A stretch of DNA of 64,000 nucleotides. Origin: Myxococcota bacterium (GTDB lineage Bacteria; Myxococcota_A; UBA9042; PHBI01; JAWLBL01). Where the stretch lies: positions 32,001-96,000 of the forward strand of contig JAWLBL010000027.1 of the NCBI GenBank assembly GCA_041687695.1. The letters run 5' to 3'. The position numbers and the translations under genes were made by a program. Shown in pieces: positions 1 to 12,048 of this stretch (position 1 is the stretch's first letter; the number at the start of each line of letters is the position of its first letter). Under the pieces are notes generated by a model that was not told the DNA's origin, searched no databases, and saw only the letters and a program-made list of their open reading frames with translations.

Positions 1-524
1 GTCTCGACCCGGTGCTCGACGCGGTGGACCCGCTCGGGGTCGGCGTCGGCGTTCAGCAGCGCGTTGACGCCCTTGATGTCCTCGATCTGGCGCCACTCGC
101 GCGGGCCGGGCAGCAGCTGCTCGTAGGCCTCCCACTTCGGGTCGGGCCGGCTGATGAACAGCGTCTCCATGCCCACCGAGGCGCGGAGGCGGTCCTCGAC
201 GCCGCGCGGGCGCTCGGGCAGGTAGAAGATGAGGTCGCGGTTGCTGTTGCCGGTGCGGCGACCGACGTAGATGGCCTCGCGGCCGCGCAGGACCTCTCGG
301 ATGCGGTTCTCGACGGTGTCGAGGCGCACGGCCTCGCCCTCGGTCGGCAGGCCGCTGTCCTTGCGGTCGGCCATCGGGATGCGGACCGCGAAGAACCAGG
401 GGTGCGTCTTGAGGGGGTAGTCCTCGCCGCGCCCGAGGTCGAGGACGATGTCGTACAGGTACCCGTCCTCGGCGCGGATGCGCCACGTCTCGTACATCGG
501 AGCGTATGCCATGGGTGCGGTCAT
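1..524 (-). CDS. DUF695-family protein (possibly with a C-terminal RraB-like domain); runs off the window edge
   Basis: Hand translation from ATG at 524 (alternative 512): MTAPMAYAPMYETWRIRAEDG...DSGLPTEGEAVRLDTVENRI...YVGRRTGNSNRDLIFY...DPKWEAYEQLLP...RQIEDIKGVNALL. The GLP..E / GRxT / DPxW..Y pattern is recalled from DUF695. Not in the ORF track because there is no stop in the window. Confidence 0.6.
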   Translation of the reverse strand, partial: MTAPMAYAPMYETWRIRAEDGYLYDIVLDLGRGEDYPLKTHPWFFAVRIPMADRKDSGLPTEGEAVRLDTVENRIREVLRGREAIYVGRRTGNSNRDLIFYLPERPRGVEDRLRASVGMETLFISRPDPKWEAYEQLLPGPREWRQIEDIKGVNALLNADADPERVHRVEHRVE

Positions 525-677
525 TCCCTACGGGGCACGGTCTGTCAAGCGAGGGATGGCGAGGCGCGCGGCGGCACCCGGGCGCGGCTCACCGCGACGC
601 CGTGGGCGGCACCGGCGGCCCCTTGCGACGCCGTAGGTGGCGCTTGCGGCCCCTGGCGCCGTCACGGGGCGGCGCGG

Positions 678-2090
<1,413 letters not shown>

Positions 2091-2129
2091 GGGCCTCTCC
2101 CTTGGGACGGGGTGTTCGCGTTCGCTGGG

Positions 2130-3391
<1,262 letters not shown>

Positions 3392-3392
<1 letters not shown>

Positions 3393-6214
3393 CAGGCGCC
3401 TCGCTTTCCAAACACGCGGTCGAGCAGGTCCGCCTGCTCGATACTGTGGGCGGTCGGCGAACCGGTCGCCGGGCTCGCGCTGGCCGCGCGGCTCTCCCAC
3501 CTCAGGGACGGGCCGGTCGCGCCGTACATCCGGTACAGGCGCGGGAACATGAAGTAGTACGAGCCCATGTTCTCGGGCTCCTCCTGGCACCAGACCACCT
3601 CGGTGGCGTTCGGGTGCGCGGCGACGGCCGCCCGGATGTCGGCTTCGGGGAACGGGTACAGCTCCTCGACGCGCACCAGGGCCGTCGCGGTGTCGCCGGT
3701 CGCCTCGCGGCGCTCGAGGAGATCGTAGTAGACCTTGCCCGAGCACAGGACGACGCGCTGCACGGCGGCCGCGTCCTCGAGCAGCCGCTCGGGGATGACG
3801 CGCTCGAAGCCGCCCTCGGCCAGATCCGACAGGGTCGACGTGGCGCGCTTGTGGCGCAGCAGGCTCTTGGGCGTCATGACCACCAGGGGCTTGCGCCACT
3901 TGCGCAGCACCTGACGACGCAGCAAGTGGAACATCTGTCCGGGGGTCGTGACGTTGCACACCTGGATGTTGTCCTCGGCGCACATCTGCAAAAAGCGCTC
4001 GACGCGGCCCGACGAGTGCTCGGGGCCCTGCCCCTCGTAGCCGTGCGGCAGCAGGAGCACGACGCCCGAGTTGCGACGCCACTTGTCCTCGCTGGCGACG
4101 ATGAACTGGTCGATGATGACCTGGGCGCCGTTGACGAAGTCGCCGAACTGGGCCTCCCAGATGACCAGCGCCTCGGGCGTGTCCATCGCGTAGCCGTACT
4201 CGAAGCCGAGCACGGCCGCCTCGCTGAGCGGGCTGTTGTAGATCTCGAAGCGCGCCTGATCGGGCGACAGGTTCGCCAGCGGCGTGTACTGCCGGCCGCT
4301 GGTGGGATCGGTCAGGACGGCGTGGCGGTGGCTGAAGGTGCCGCGCCGGACGTCCTGCCCGCTGATGCGCACCGGATGCCCGTCGAGGACCAGCGCGCCG
4401 TAGGCGAGCAGCTCGCCCGTGCCCCAGTCGAAGGCCTGGTTGTCGGTGACGATCTTCTCGCGCCCCCGGACGAGGCGCTCGATCTTCGGGTTGACCTGGA
4501 AGTCGTCGGGCCAGGTCGCCAGCCCCTTCAGGATGGCCTCGAGGCGCTCGCGCGGCACGGCCGTCGGCACGTCGACGGCGGTCGACAGCGGGCCGCCGTG
4601 GTAGCCGCTCCAGACGCCCTCGAAGGCCGACTCGAGCTTCTTGCCGTTCGGCCCCTTGTGCAGCTCCTCCAGCTCTTCCTCGAGCATGCGCTGCTGGGCC
4701 TCGGCGATGCCGGCCACCTCGTCGGTCGTGATGAGGCCGCTGGTCTCGAGCTGGGTCGCGTAGCTCTTGAGCACCGGCGGGTGCGCGTCGATCGCCTGGT
4801 ACATGAGCGGCTGGGTGAACGCGGGCTCGTCGCCCTCGTTGTGGCCGTACCGGCGGAAGCAGTACATGTCGATGATGACGTCGCGGTGGAACGTCTGCCG
4901 GAACTCCGCCGCGATGCGCACCACCTGGGCCACGGCCTCGGGGTCCTCGCCGTTCACGTGGAAGATCGGCACCTCGTTCATCTTCGCGATGTCGGTGCAG
5001 TAGGGCGACGAGCGCGAGTCCTCGGGCACCGTCGTGAAGCCGATCTGGTTGTTCACGATGATGTGGATGGTGCCGCCCGTCGAGTAGCCCTCGAGCCCCA
5101 TCAGGTTGAGGGTCTCGGAGACCAGCCCCTGCCCCGGGAAGGCCGCGTCGCCGTGGATGAGCACCGGCAGGCACCGCGTCCGGTCGCTGTCCGCGAAGCG
5201 ATCCTGCTTGGCGCGGACCCGCCCCTCGACGACTGGGTTGACGGCCTCGAGGTGGCTGGGGTTGCAGGTCAGCGACAGGTGCACCCGGTGACCGAAGCGC
5301 GTCACCTGGTCGCTGGAGTAGCCCAGGTGGTACTTGACGTCGCCGCGGCCCAGCTGGTCCTCGGCGCCCATGTCGTCGAACTCGCCGAAGATGGCGCGGC
5401 GGTTCTTGCCGAAGATGTTCGCCAGCACGTTCAGGCGTCCGCGGTGGGCCATGCCCATCACGACGTCGGACACGCCGCGGCGGGCCGTCTCCTCGACCAG
5501 CAGCGCCAGCATCGGGATGAGCGCCTCGGCGCCCTCGAGCGAGAAGCGCTTTTTGCCGCGGTACTTCACGTGGAGGAATTGCTCGAAGGCCTCGGCGGCC
5601 GCGAGCTGCTCGACGATGAAGATCTGGGTCGCGCGATCGAGGTCACAGTGGTTGCGCGTCCGCTCGCACCGCTCCTGGAGCCAGGCCTGCACCTCGGCGT
5701 CGTTGATGTGCATGAACTCGGCGCCGATGCTGCGCGCGTAGGTGTCCTCGAGGAAGGCGATCACCTCGCGCAGCGTCATCGACTGCGGGCCGAACAGGGC
5801 CGCGGTCGAGAACGTCTGGTCCATGTCGGCTTCGGTGAAGCCCCAGTACCAGGGGTCGAGCTCGATGGGGGCGCCGCGGCGCGACAGGCCGAGCGGGTCG
5901 AGGGCGGCCTTGAAGTGGCCGTGGGCGCGGTAGGCGTCGATGAGCTGGACGACGCGGACCTGCGCGGTCAGCAGCTCGAGGTCGACCTCCTGCACGCCGG
6001 CCTTGCCGTCACCGCCGGCGGCGAAGAGGCCCCGCGGGCGGAAGCGGGGGCCGTCGGCCGGCGCCGGGCCCTGGACGAGCTCGCGTCCCTCGCCCTCGAA
6101 GAAGGCGCGCCAGCTGGGCTCGACGCTGGTGGGGTCGAGGCGGTACTGGCGCAGGACGTCTTCGAGGTAGTGGGCGTTGATTCCGTGCAGCATGCTGCTG
6201 GTGGCGTGGACCAT
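3392..6214 (-). CDS. sucA: 2-oxoglutarate dehydrogenase E1 (940 aa)
   Basis: [30 protein letters not shown], ThDP motif [10 protein letters not shown]...[17 protein letters not shown]. Start set at ATG 6214 (MVHATSSML); the ORF-track extension upstream is low-complexity. Confidence 0.96.
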
Positions 6215-6654
6215 CGTTGGCTGGGTCTCCCGCCCAGGTGCGCCGAGGCACCGTATGGAGGCGAAGCGAGGGGGGCCGGGGAGGCGCGACGTGCGCCGGG
6301 CGGCCAGGAGGGGGCGCGGCGAGCACCGGCGACAGCGGCGCGCCGTGGGAGGGCGCGCGCCGACCCGCGGACGTCCGAGGGCGTCGGAGGTCGCGCCGAG
6401 CGCGTCGAGGGACCGATGAGGGGGTGTCAGCGCCCGACGGGGTCGAGCCGCGGGGGCCGCGTCCGGCCGCCGCTCAGGGTTCGAAGCGGGGGGGAGTGTA
6501 TGCGCAGGACCCCGGGACGGCAAGCGGCTCGTGCGCGGGTGACGCACGTGCGTCACGACCGACCGGGGGCCCGGCGGGCGCGGGTCTCACGAGCGCGCGC
6601 GAGGGCGCGCGGAGCTATTGGCATCGGGCACCGTTCATCCTTAAGATGCGCGCC

Positions 6655-8391
6655 ATGAAGCACCGCACACACGCCCTGGTCCCTGCCCTGCTCCTCCTGA
6701 CCGCGCCCCTCATGTCGGTCGCGCCTGCCTGCGGCGGCGACGGACAGGGCAGCGGCTCCGGCCTCGAGCTCCCCGGCCCCGACATCAAAACGGACGCCCC
6801 CAGCGACGGGCTGACGACGATCGACACGTCCAAGGACAAGGACGCCAAGCCGGATGAGGACCTCGGGCCGACGCCGGACGCGAGCAAGGTCGACACGGTC
6901 TCGTGCGACGCCATCGACGCCGAGCCCTGCGCGACGCCGGGCGCGACGCGCTGCGCGCTCGAGGGGGCGGTCGTCGAGACGTGCAAGGACGTGGGCGGGT
7001 GTCTGGGCTGGGCGGCCGACACGCCGTGCCCGACCGTGAACAAGTGCACGGGGGTCGCCGACGTCTGCGTCGACGGCGCGTGCGTCCCGCCCGACGGCCA
7101 GGACCCCAACGCGAAGTGCACGCAGCCGACGCAGCAGTGCAAGGCGTCGGTGTGCAACCCGCAGACCGGCCTGTGCGCCGTCCAGAACGCGAACGACAAC
7201 ACGCCCTGCAACGACTTCGACGTCTGCACGGACGACGACATCTGCTTCAACGGGGTCTGCCAGGGCTCCGGCTCGTGCCCCAAGGGCTGCCAGACCCAGA
7301 GCCTGTCGTGCGGCTCGGCCCTGATGTTCGACCTCAACAGCGGCGCGACGGACGTGATGAGCGCCTACGGCTGCGAGGGCGCCGAGACCGGCGGCTACGC
7401 GGGCTGGGAGCGCAGCTTCATCGCCTCGAGCCTGTTCGACTGCGACGACGCCGAGCTGTCGGTCGAGCTGACCAAGGAGACCGACGCCGGCAGCAAGTTC
7501 GTCGACCTGGTCGCGCTCGGCACCAACAACGGCATCTGCTGGCCGGCCGAGTGCGTCGATCTGGCGCAGATGGACGCCGAGGGCCGCGCCCAGATGATCT
7601 TCGACCTCATCAAGGACGAGAACCTGGTCCTGGTCGCCGACGGCCGCGACGGCTACTTCGGCAAGGTGCGCCTGAGCCTGTCCTGCTGCGGTCAGCAGGT
7701 CGAGTCCTTCTGCGGCGACGGCGTCGACAACGACGGCGACGGCCTGACCGACTGCGCCGACGACGACTGCGCGGGCTTCACCTGCAACAGCGAGTACCAC
7801 TGCTCGGACGGCGTCGACAACGACAGCAACGGCAAGACCGACTGCGACGACCCGCAGTGCGCCGCGGCCGACGAGTGCAACGTCGAAGGCGACTGCACCG
7901 ACGAGATCGACAACGACGACGACGGCGCCACCGACTGCGACGACGTCGACTGCGTCGGCACCGCGGCCTGCGCCGTGAAGTGCGAGACCGCCATCCCGCT
8001 GACCTGCGGCGACACCTTGACCGCGCAGGATGTCGAGAGTGCCAGCAATTTGATGACGACCTTCTCCTGCAGCCGCGCGAGCGGGCTGACCTACGGTGGC
8101 GGTCAGCTGGCGTACCTGGTCGAGCCCGACTGCGCCGGCCAGTACCAGATCAAGCTCACGGCCGACGCGGGCGCCGGCGCCCACGGGGCCTTCGAGGCGT
8201 TCGGCCTCAGCCCCGGCTGCTCGGGCGACAGCTGCACGGGGTCGAGCATCGCCACCCTGTTCGGCGTGGACACGATGAACCGCAGCACCGCGACGACGCC
8301 CTTCACGTGGCTGGTCGTGGCCGAGAGCCCCGAGCTGGCGAACAGCAGCGCCGGCACCTACTCGCTGTCCGTCACCTGCCAGTGCGATTGA
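6655..8391 (+). CDS. Cys-rich surface lipoprotein with three CxDGxDNDxDGxxDCxDxxC (Ca/metal-binding) repeats
   Basis: MKHRTHALVPALLLLTAPLMSVAPAC signal ending in a lipobox-like Cys; CNDFDVCTDDDIC motif; repeats CGDGVDNDGDGLTDCADDDC, CSDGVDNDSNGKTDCDDPQC and CTDEIDNDDDGATDCDDVDC; two LxCG-initiated beta-rich domains. Confidence 0.75.
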   Translation: MKHRTHALVPALLLLTAPLMSVAPACGGDGQGSGSGLELPGPDIKTDAPSDGLTTIDTSKDKDAKPDEDLGPTPDASKVDTVSCDAIDAEPCATPGATRCALEGAVVETCKDVGGCLGWAADTPCPTVNKCTGVADVCVDGACVPPDGQDPNAKCTQPTQQCKASVCNPQTGLCAVQNANDNTPCNDFDVCTDDDICFNGVCQGSGSCPKGCQTQSLSCGSALMFDLNSGATDVMSAYGCEGAETGGYAGWERSFIASSLFDCDDAELSVELTKETDAGSKFVDLVALGTNNGICWPAECVDLAQMDAEGRAQMIFDLIKDENLVLVADGRDGYFGKVRLSLSCCGQQVESFCGDGVDNDGDGLTDCADDDCAGFTCNSEYHCSDGVDNDSNGKTDCDDPQCAAADECNVEGDCTDEIDNDDDGATDCDDVDCVGTAACAVKCETAIPLTCGDTLTAQDVESASNLMTTFSCSRASGLTYGGGQLAYLVEPDCAGQYQIKLTADAGAGAHGAFEAFGLSPGCSGDSCTGSSIATLFGVDTMNRSTATTPFTWLVVAESPELANSSAGTYSLSVTCQCD

Positions 8392-8417
8392 TGCGCTGAG
8401 ACGACGGGTCGAACGAC

Positions 8418-8447
8418 GAGGCCCCGTCGGGTAACCGGCGGGGCCTC
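8418..8447. terminator. Hairpin 1 between convergent genes
   Basis: GAGGCCCCGTCGG-GTAA-CCGGCGGGGCCTC, a 13-bp stem with one wobble pair. Confidence 0.6.
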
Positions 8448-8506
8448 ACTGTTTGGATCGTTGCCCCGGGCCGACCGGGTCGGGGGATTCGGTGAGGGCT
8501 GAACGA

Positions 8507-8540
8507 CGAAGGCCCCGTCGGGTGAGCGACGGGGCCTTCG
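8507..8540 (-). terminator. Hairpin 2 (paralogue of hairpin 1), probable terminator of the FHA operon
   Basis: CGAAGGCCCCGTCG-GGTGAG-CGACGGGGCCTTCG, a perfect 14-bp stem 21 bp after the stop at 8562; TCGTTC tail on the minus strand. Confidence 0.65.
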
Positions 8541-8561
8541 GGGTCGGACGCGCGGGGGCCG

Positions 8562-9221
8562 TCAGAGGGTGACGGTCCGGGGGCGGAGATCGGCGTTGGG
8601 GGGCGTCGGGCCGGCGTCTTCGACCGAGACGAGGATGCGGCCGAGGCGGAGGATGTCGCCGGGGGCCAGGGGGCGGCGGCCGGCCAGGGGCTCGCCGTTC
8701 AGCTCGCTGCCGTTGGTCGAGCCCAGGTCGCGCGCCCAGCACAGGCCGGGGCCGTAGTTCTCGATCTCGAGGTGGCGGCCGGAGATGCCGCTGTCGTCGA
8801 CCAGCACGTCGCCCTCGTAGCGGCCGATGACGACGCGCGCACCCGGGACCGTGACGCTCGCGGTGGCGTCGTCGTCCTCGCGGGTGAGGGTCAGGGTGAG
8901 CTGGGTCGGCGCGGCGGCGCGGTCCTCGAGGAAGACGAGCTCGGCGTCGCCGACGCCCAGGCGGTCGCCCGGGGTGAGGACGTGCTCTTCGACCTCGGCG
9001 CCGTTGACGGTGAGCGCGCCGACCCGCGTGAGCCGGCGCGCGGTCACGCCCATCGGGCCGCGGGCGATGGCGGCGTGGACGGCCGCGGCGCCGCCGGTCG
9101 CCAGCGACACCCCGCACAGGGCGTCCGCTCCGACGGTCAGGGGACGCGCCTCGACGTCGGCGCGCTGACAAGCGCCGTCGGCGTCGGGCCAGAAGAGGAA
9201 CGAGGTCGGCGCTGCGCTCAT
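8562..9221 (-). CDS. FHA domain protein (one degenerate and one canonical FHA)
   Basis: C-terminal VVIGR...ISGRHL...RDLGSTNGS...LAPGDILRLG; the N-terminal copy keeps only HA / VNG / LTPGDRLGVG. Confidence 0.85.
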   Translation of the reverse strand: MSAAPTSFLFWPDADGACQRADVEARPLTVGADALCGVSLATGGAAAVHAAIARGPMGVTARRLTRVGALTVNGAEVEEHVLTPGDRLGVGDAELVFLEDRAAAPTQLTLTLTREDDDATASVTVPGARVVIGRYEGDVLVDDSGISGRHLEIENYGPGLCWARDLGSTNGSELNGEPLAGRRPLAPGDILRLGRILVSVEDAGPTPPNADLRPRTVTL

Positions 9222-9231
9222 GGCGGGTCTC

Positions 9232-9885
9232 CTAGTCGTCGTCGCGGCGCAGGCTGAACTGTCGGCGCTGCTCCTCGGGGATGGACTCGTCGTGCTCGTA
9301 AGCGGTCGGCTCGGCCGAGGTCTCGAGCGCGTCGGCGTCGGCCTGGACGCCCATCATGAACCACTGCGTCTCGGAGAAGCCCTGGCGCCGCTTGCCGCCC
9401 CCGCCCTTCTTCGGGGCCGCGGCCGGGGGCTCGGAGCCGGCGCCGGGCGATGTCGCTGCCTGCTGGGCGGGGACGCGCTCGCGCTCGGGCGCGGCCTCGG
9501 TGCGGGACGGGCCGGCGATGGAGTCGATGAGCGCCGAGCCCAGGCGCTTGCGGCCGCCCTTCTGCCCGTCGACCGACGCCGCCGGCGGGGCCGTGACGGC
9601 GGTCATCTCGACCACCGTCTTCACCTCGTCCGGGGAGCGCCGGCGGTTCGGTTTGGCGGGGGCGGCCGGGGTCGGCTCGGGGGTCACCGCGGGCGCGGCG
9701 GCGACCGGGGCGGCGGCGACCGGGGCCGGCGCCGGCGCCGCGGCAGGCGCTGGGGCCCCACCCGTCATCGAGATGGGCTTGGGCGCGTTGGGGCAGGTCC
9801 AGGCTCCGCTGAGCCGGGTGCCGTCCTGGGGGCAGAAGTTGCCCCACGGCACGCCGCACGTGGGACAGAAGGCGAGCTGCGTCAT
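9232..9885 (-). CDS. Hypothetical protein: zinc ribbon, Ala/Pro-rich linker, short C-terminal motif
   Basis: MTQLAFCPTCG...NFCPQDG; GGAGG SD upstream of ATG 9885; C-terminus GFSETQWFMMG...IPEEQRRQFSL; ends 10 bp before the FHA gene. Confidence 0.7.
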   Translation of the reverse strand: MTQLAFCPTCGVPWGNFCPQDGTRLSGAWTCPNAPKPISMTGGAPAPAAAPAPAPVAAAPVAAAPAVTPEPTPAAPAKPNRRRSPDEVKTVVEMTAVTAPPAASVDGQKGGRKRLGSALIDSIAGPSRTEAAPERERVPAQQAATSPGAGSEPPAAAPKKGGGGKRRQGFSETQWFMMGVQADADALETSAEPTAYEHDESIPEEQRRQFSLRRDDD

Positions 9886-10189
9886 CCGGTCCTCCGCGCC
9901 ACCTCGGGCGCCCGCGGATGATCCCGCCGCGCGGTCGCCGGTGTCAAGCGCGCGCCGGGGCGACACGTTGCGCCCGCGCCGCCGGGCGATGCCGCGGCCG
10001 CCCATTCACGGCTTGCTGGCGCCGATCGCCAGTGCTAAACGACGCCGCAACCCAGGAGCGTAGCGGTCCGTGAACGCGCAGGTCCGCGTGGCCACTCGGG
10101 ATGGGACGGCGTCGTGCCTGGGTTGTTGCCGTCCCGACGCGCGCGACCCGATCGTCTGCCGTGGTCCCACCCTCCCAGAGGAGCCCATC

Positions 10190-11278
10190 ATGCCCGGTAC
10201 GCCCGATCGCCCCTGGTTGCTCAACCCCGGCCCCTGCAACGTCAGCGACGACGTCCGCCACGCGGCCGTCACGCCCGACATCTGCCACCGCGAGCCCGAC
10301 TACCTCGAGCTCCAGACCGAGCTGCGCGCGCTGCTGCTCGACGTCTTCGATCGCGACCCCACCCAGTGGACCGTCGCCCTGGTCACCGGCAGCGGCACGG
10401 CCGCGCTCGAGATGGCGGTCGCGTCGTCCGTCAGCGCGGCCGGCGCGATGCTGGTCGTGCGCAACGGCGTCTACGGCGACCGCATCCACAAGATCTGCGA
10501 GGCCAACGGCATCCGCACCGTCAGCGTCCACGCCTCCTGGACGCAGCGCCCGGATCTCGGCGAGATCGAGCGCGCGCTCGAGGCCGACCCGACCATCGAG
10601 GTCGTGGGCATGGTCCACCACGAGACCACGACCGGCCTCATCAACCCGGTCCCCGAGGTCTCGGCCCTGTGCCGCCGCTACGGCAAGCGCCTGGTCCTCG
10701 ACACGATCAGCGGCCTCGCCGGCGACCCGCTCGACCTCGACGGGGTCGACATCGCCGTCTGCACGGCCAACAAGCTCATCCAGGGCCTCCCGGGCGTCGC
10801 CTTCTGCCTGGTCCGCCGCGACTTCGCCGAGGACATGAAGGGCTATCCGGCCCGCAGCCTGTACCTGAACCTGCCGAACTACGTCGCCAACCAGGACAAG
10901 GGCGGCACTCCGTTCACGCCGGCCGTCCAGATCTCGTTCGCGTTCCGGCAGGCGCTGGTCGAGCTGAAGGAAGAGACCGTCGCCGGGCGCATCGCGCGCA
11001 TGGCCCGCGCCTCGACGCGCCTGCGCCAGGGCTTCGAGCGGCTGGGCCTCGCCAGCTACCTGCCGGCCGAGCTGCAGTCGAACACCATCACCTCGCTCCG
11101 GTTCCCGCCGGGGCTCACCTACGAGCGTCTGCACGATCACATGCGCGAGCGCGGCTACGTGATCTACGCCGGTCAGGGGGACCTCTCGAAGGAGGTCTTC
11201 CGCATTTCCAACATGGGCCTGCTCCCCGACGAAGCGCTCGACGGCGTGATCACGGCCCTGGAGGCAGCGATTCGATGA
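10190..11278 (+). CDS. Class V PLP aminotransferase, 2-aminoethylphosphonate:pyruvate transaminase (PhnW/AEPT)-like
   Basis: LLNPGP, GSGTAALE, VHHETTTGLINP, PLP-lysine motif TANKLIQGLPG, GYVIYAGQG...FRISNMG; GAGGAG SD before ATG 10190. Confidence 0.8.
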   Translation: MPGTPDRPWLLNPGPCNVSDDVRHAAVTPDICHREPDYLELQTELRALLLDVFDRDPTQWTVALVTGSGTAALEMAVASSVSAAGAMLVVRNGVYGDRIHKICEANGIRTVSVHASWTQRPDLGEIERALEADPTIEVVGMVHHETTTGLINPVPEVSALCRRYGKRLVLDTISGLAGDPLDLDGVDIAVCTANKLIQGLPGVAFCLVRRDFAEDMKGYPARSLYLNLPNYVANQDKGGTPFTPAVQISFAFRQALVELKEETVAGRIARMARASTRLRQGFERLGLASYLPAELQSNTITSLRFPPGLTYERLHDHMRERGYVIYAGQGDLSKEVFRISNMGLLPDEALDGVITALEAAIR

Positions 11279-12048
11279 AGGCGATTCTCCTTGCGGCCGG
11301 CGTGGGCGATCGGCTCCGCCCGTTCACCGACGAGCACCCCAAGTGCTTGATCGACATCGGCGGACGGAGCCTGCTCCACCGGCACCTCGATCTGCTCAGC
11401 GCCATGCCCGGCCTCGACGGGCTGCTCATCGTGGTCGGCTACCGCGAGGACCAGATCCGCGACGCCGTCGCCATCTGGCACCGGCAGACGGGGCGTGACT
11501 TCCCCGTGACGTTCGAGGTGAACCCCGAGTTCCGCAAGGGATCGATCCTCAGCCTGTACGCCGCCCGCGACGTCCTCACGGCCGAGGGCGGCATCGCGAT
11601 GGACGCGGACGTCCTCTATCCGCCCGAGGTGATGCGGCGGCTCGTGCAGTCCTCGCACGCCAACTGCTTCCTCATCGACGAGCGCGCGCGCGAGACCGGC
11701 GAGGAGATGATGGTGTGCGTCAAGGACGGCCGCGCCATGCACATCGCGCGCAGCCGCGACCCGTCGACCCACCAGGGCTGGGACCTCAAGGGCGAGGGCG
11801 TCGGCTTCTTCCGCGTGGCGCAGGCCGACGCGCCGCGCCTTGTCGAGATCATGGGCGAGATGGTCGCCGCCGGCATCGATCGCGTCGAGTACGAGGAGGC
11901 CCTGGCCCGCTTCATGAAGGAGCGCCCCTGCGGCTGGGAGACCATCGGCGACCTGCCGTGGACCGAGATCGACTTCATCGAGGACGTCGAGCGGGCCGCG
12001 CGTGACATCCTGCCGCGCATCGAGGCGCGGACGGACGGCGCGTCCTGA
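11275..12048 (+). CDS. Phosphocholine/phosphonate cytidylyltransferase family (LicC/PntC-like) NTP transferase
   Basis: MKAILLAAGVGDRL...PKCL, VGYR, SILSL, MDADVLY, EEM, GEGVGF, EYEEA, LPWTEIDFIED; ATGA overlap with the aminotransferase. Confidence 0.85.
   Translation: MKAILLAAGVGDRLRPFTDEHPKCLIDIGGRSLLHRHLDLLSAMPGLDGLLIVVGYREDQIRDAVAIWHRQTGRDFPVTFEVNPEFRKGSILSLYAARDVLTAEGGIAMDADVLYPPEVMRRLVQSSHANCFLIDERARETGEEMMVCVKDGRAMHIARSRDPSTHQGWDLKGEGVGFFRVAQADAPRLVEIMGEMVAAGIDRVEYEEALARFMKERPCGWETIGDLPWTEIDFIEDVERAARDILPRIEARTDGAS

Noticed and set aside
10190..11278. phnWX phosphonate-degradation operon, and use of the symbol phnW
   Set aside because: No phnX/phnA/phnY or transporter is adjacent; coupling to a cytidylyltransferase points to biosynthesis, and the substrate is unproven.
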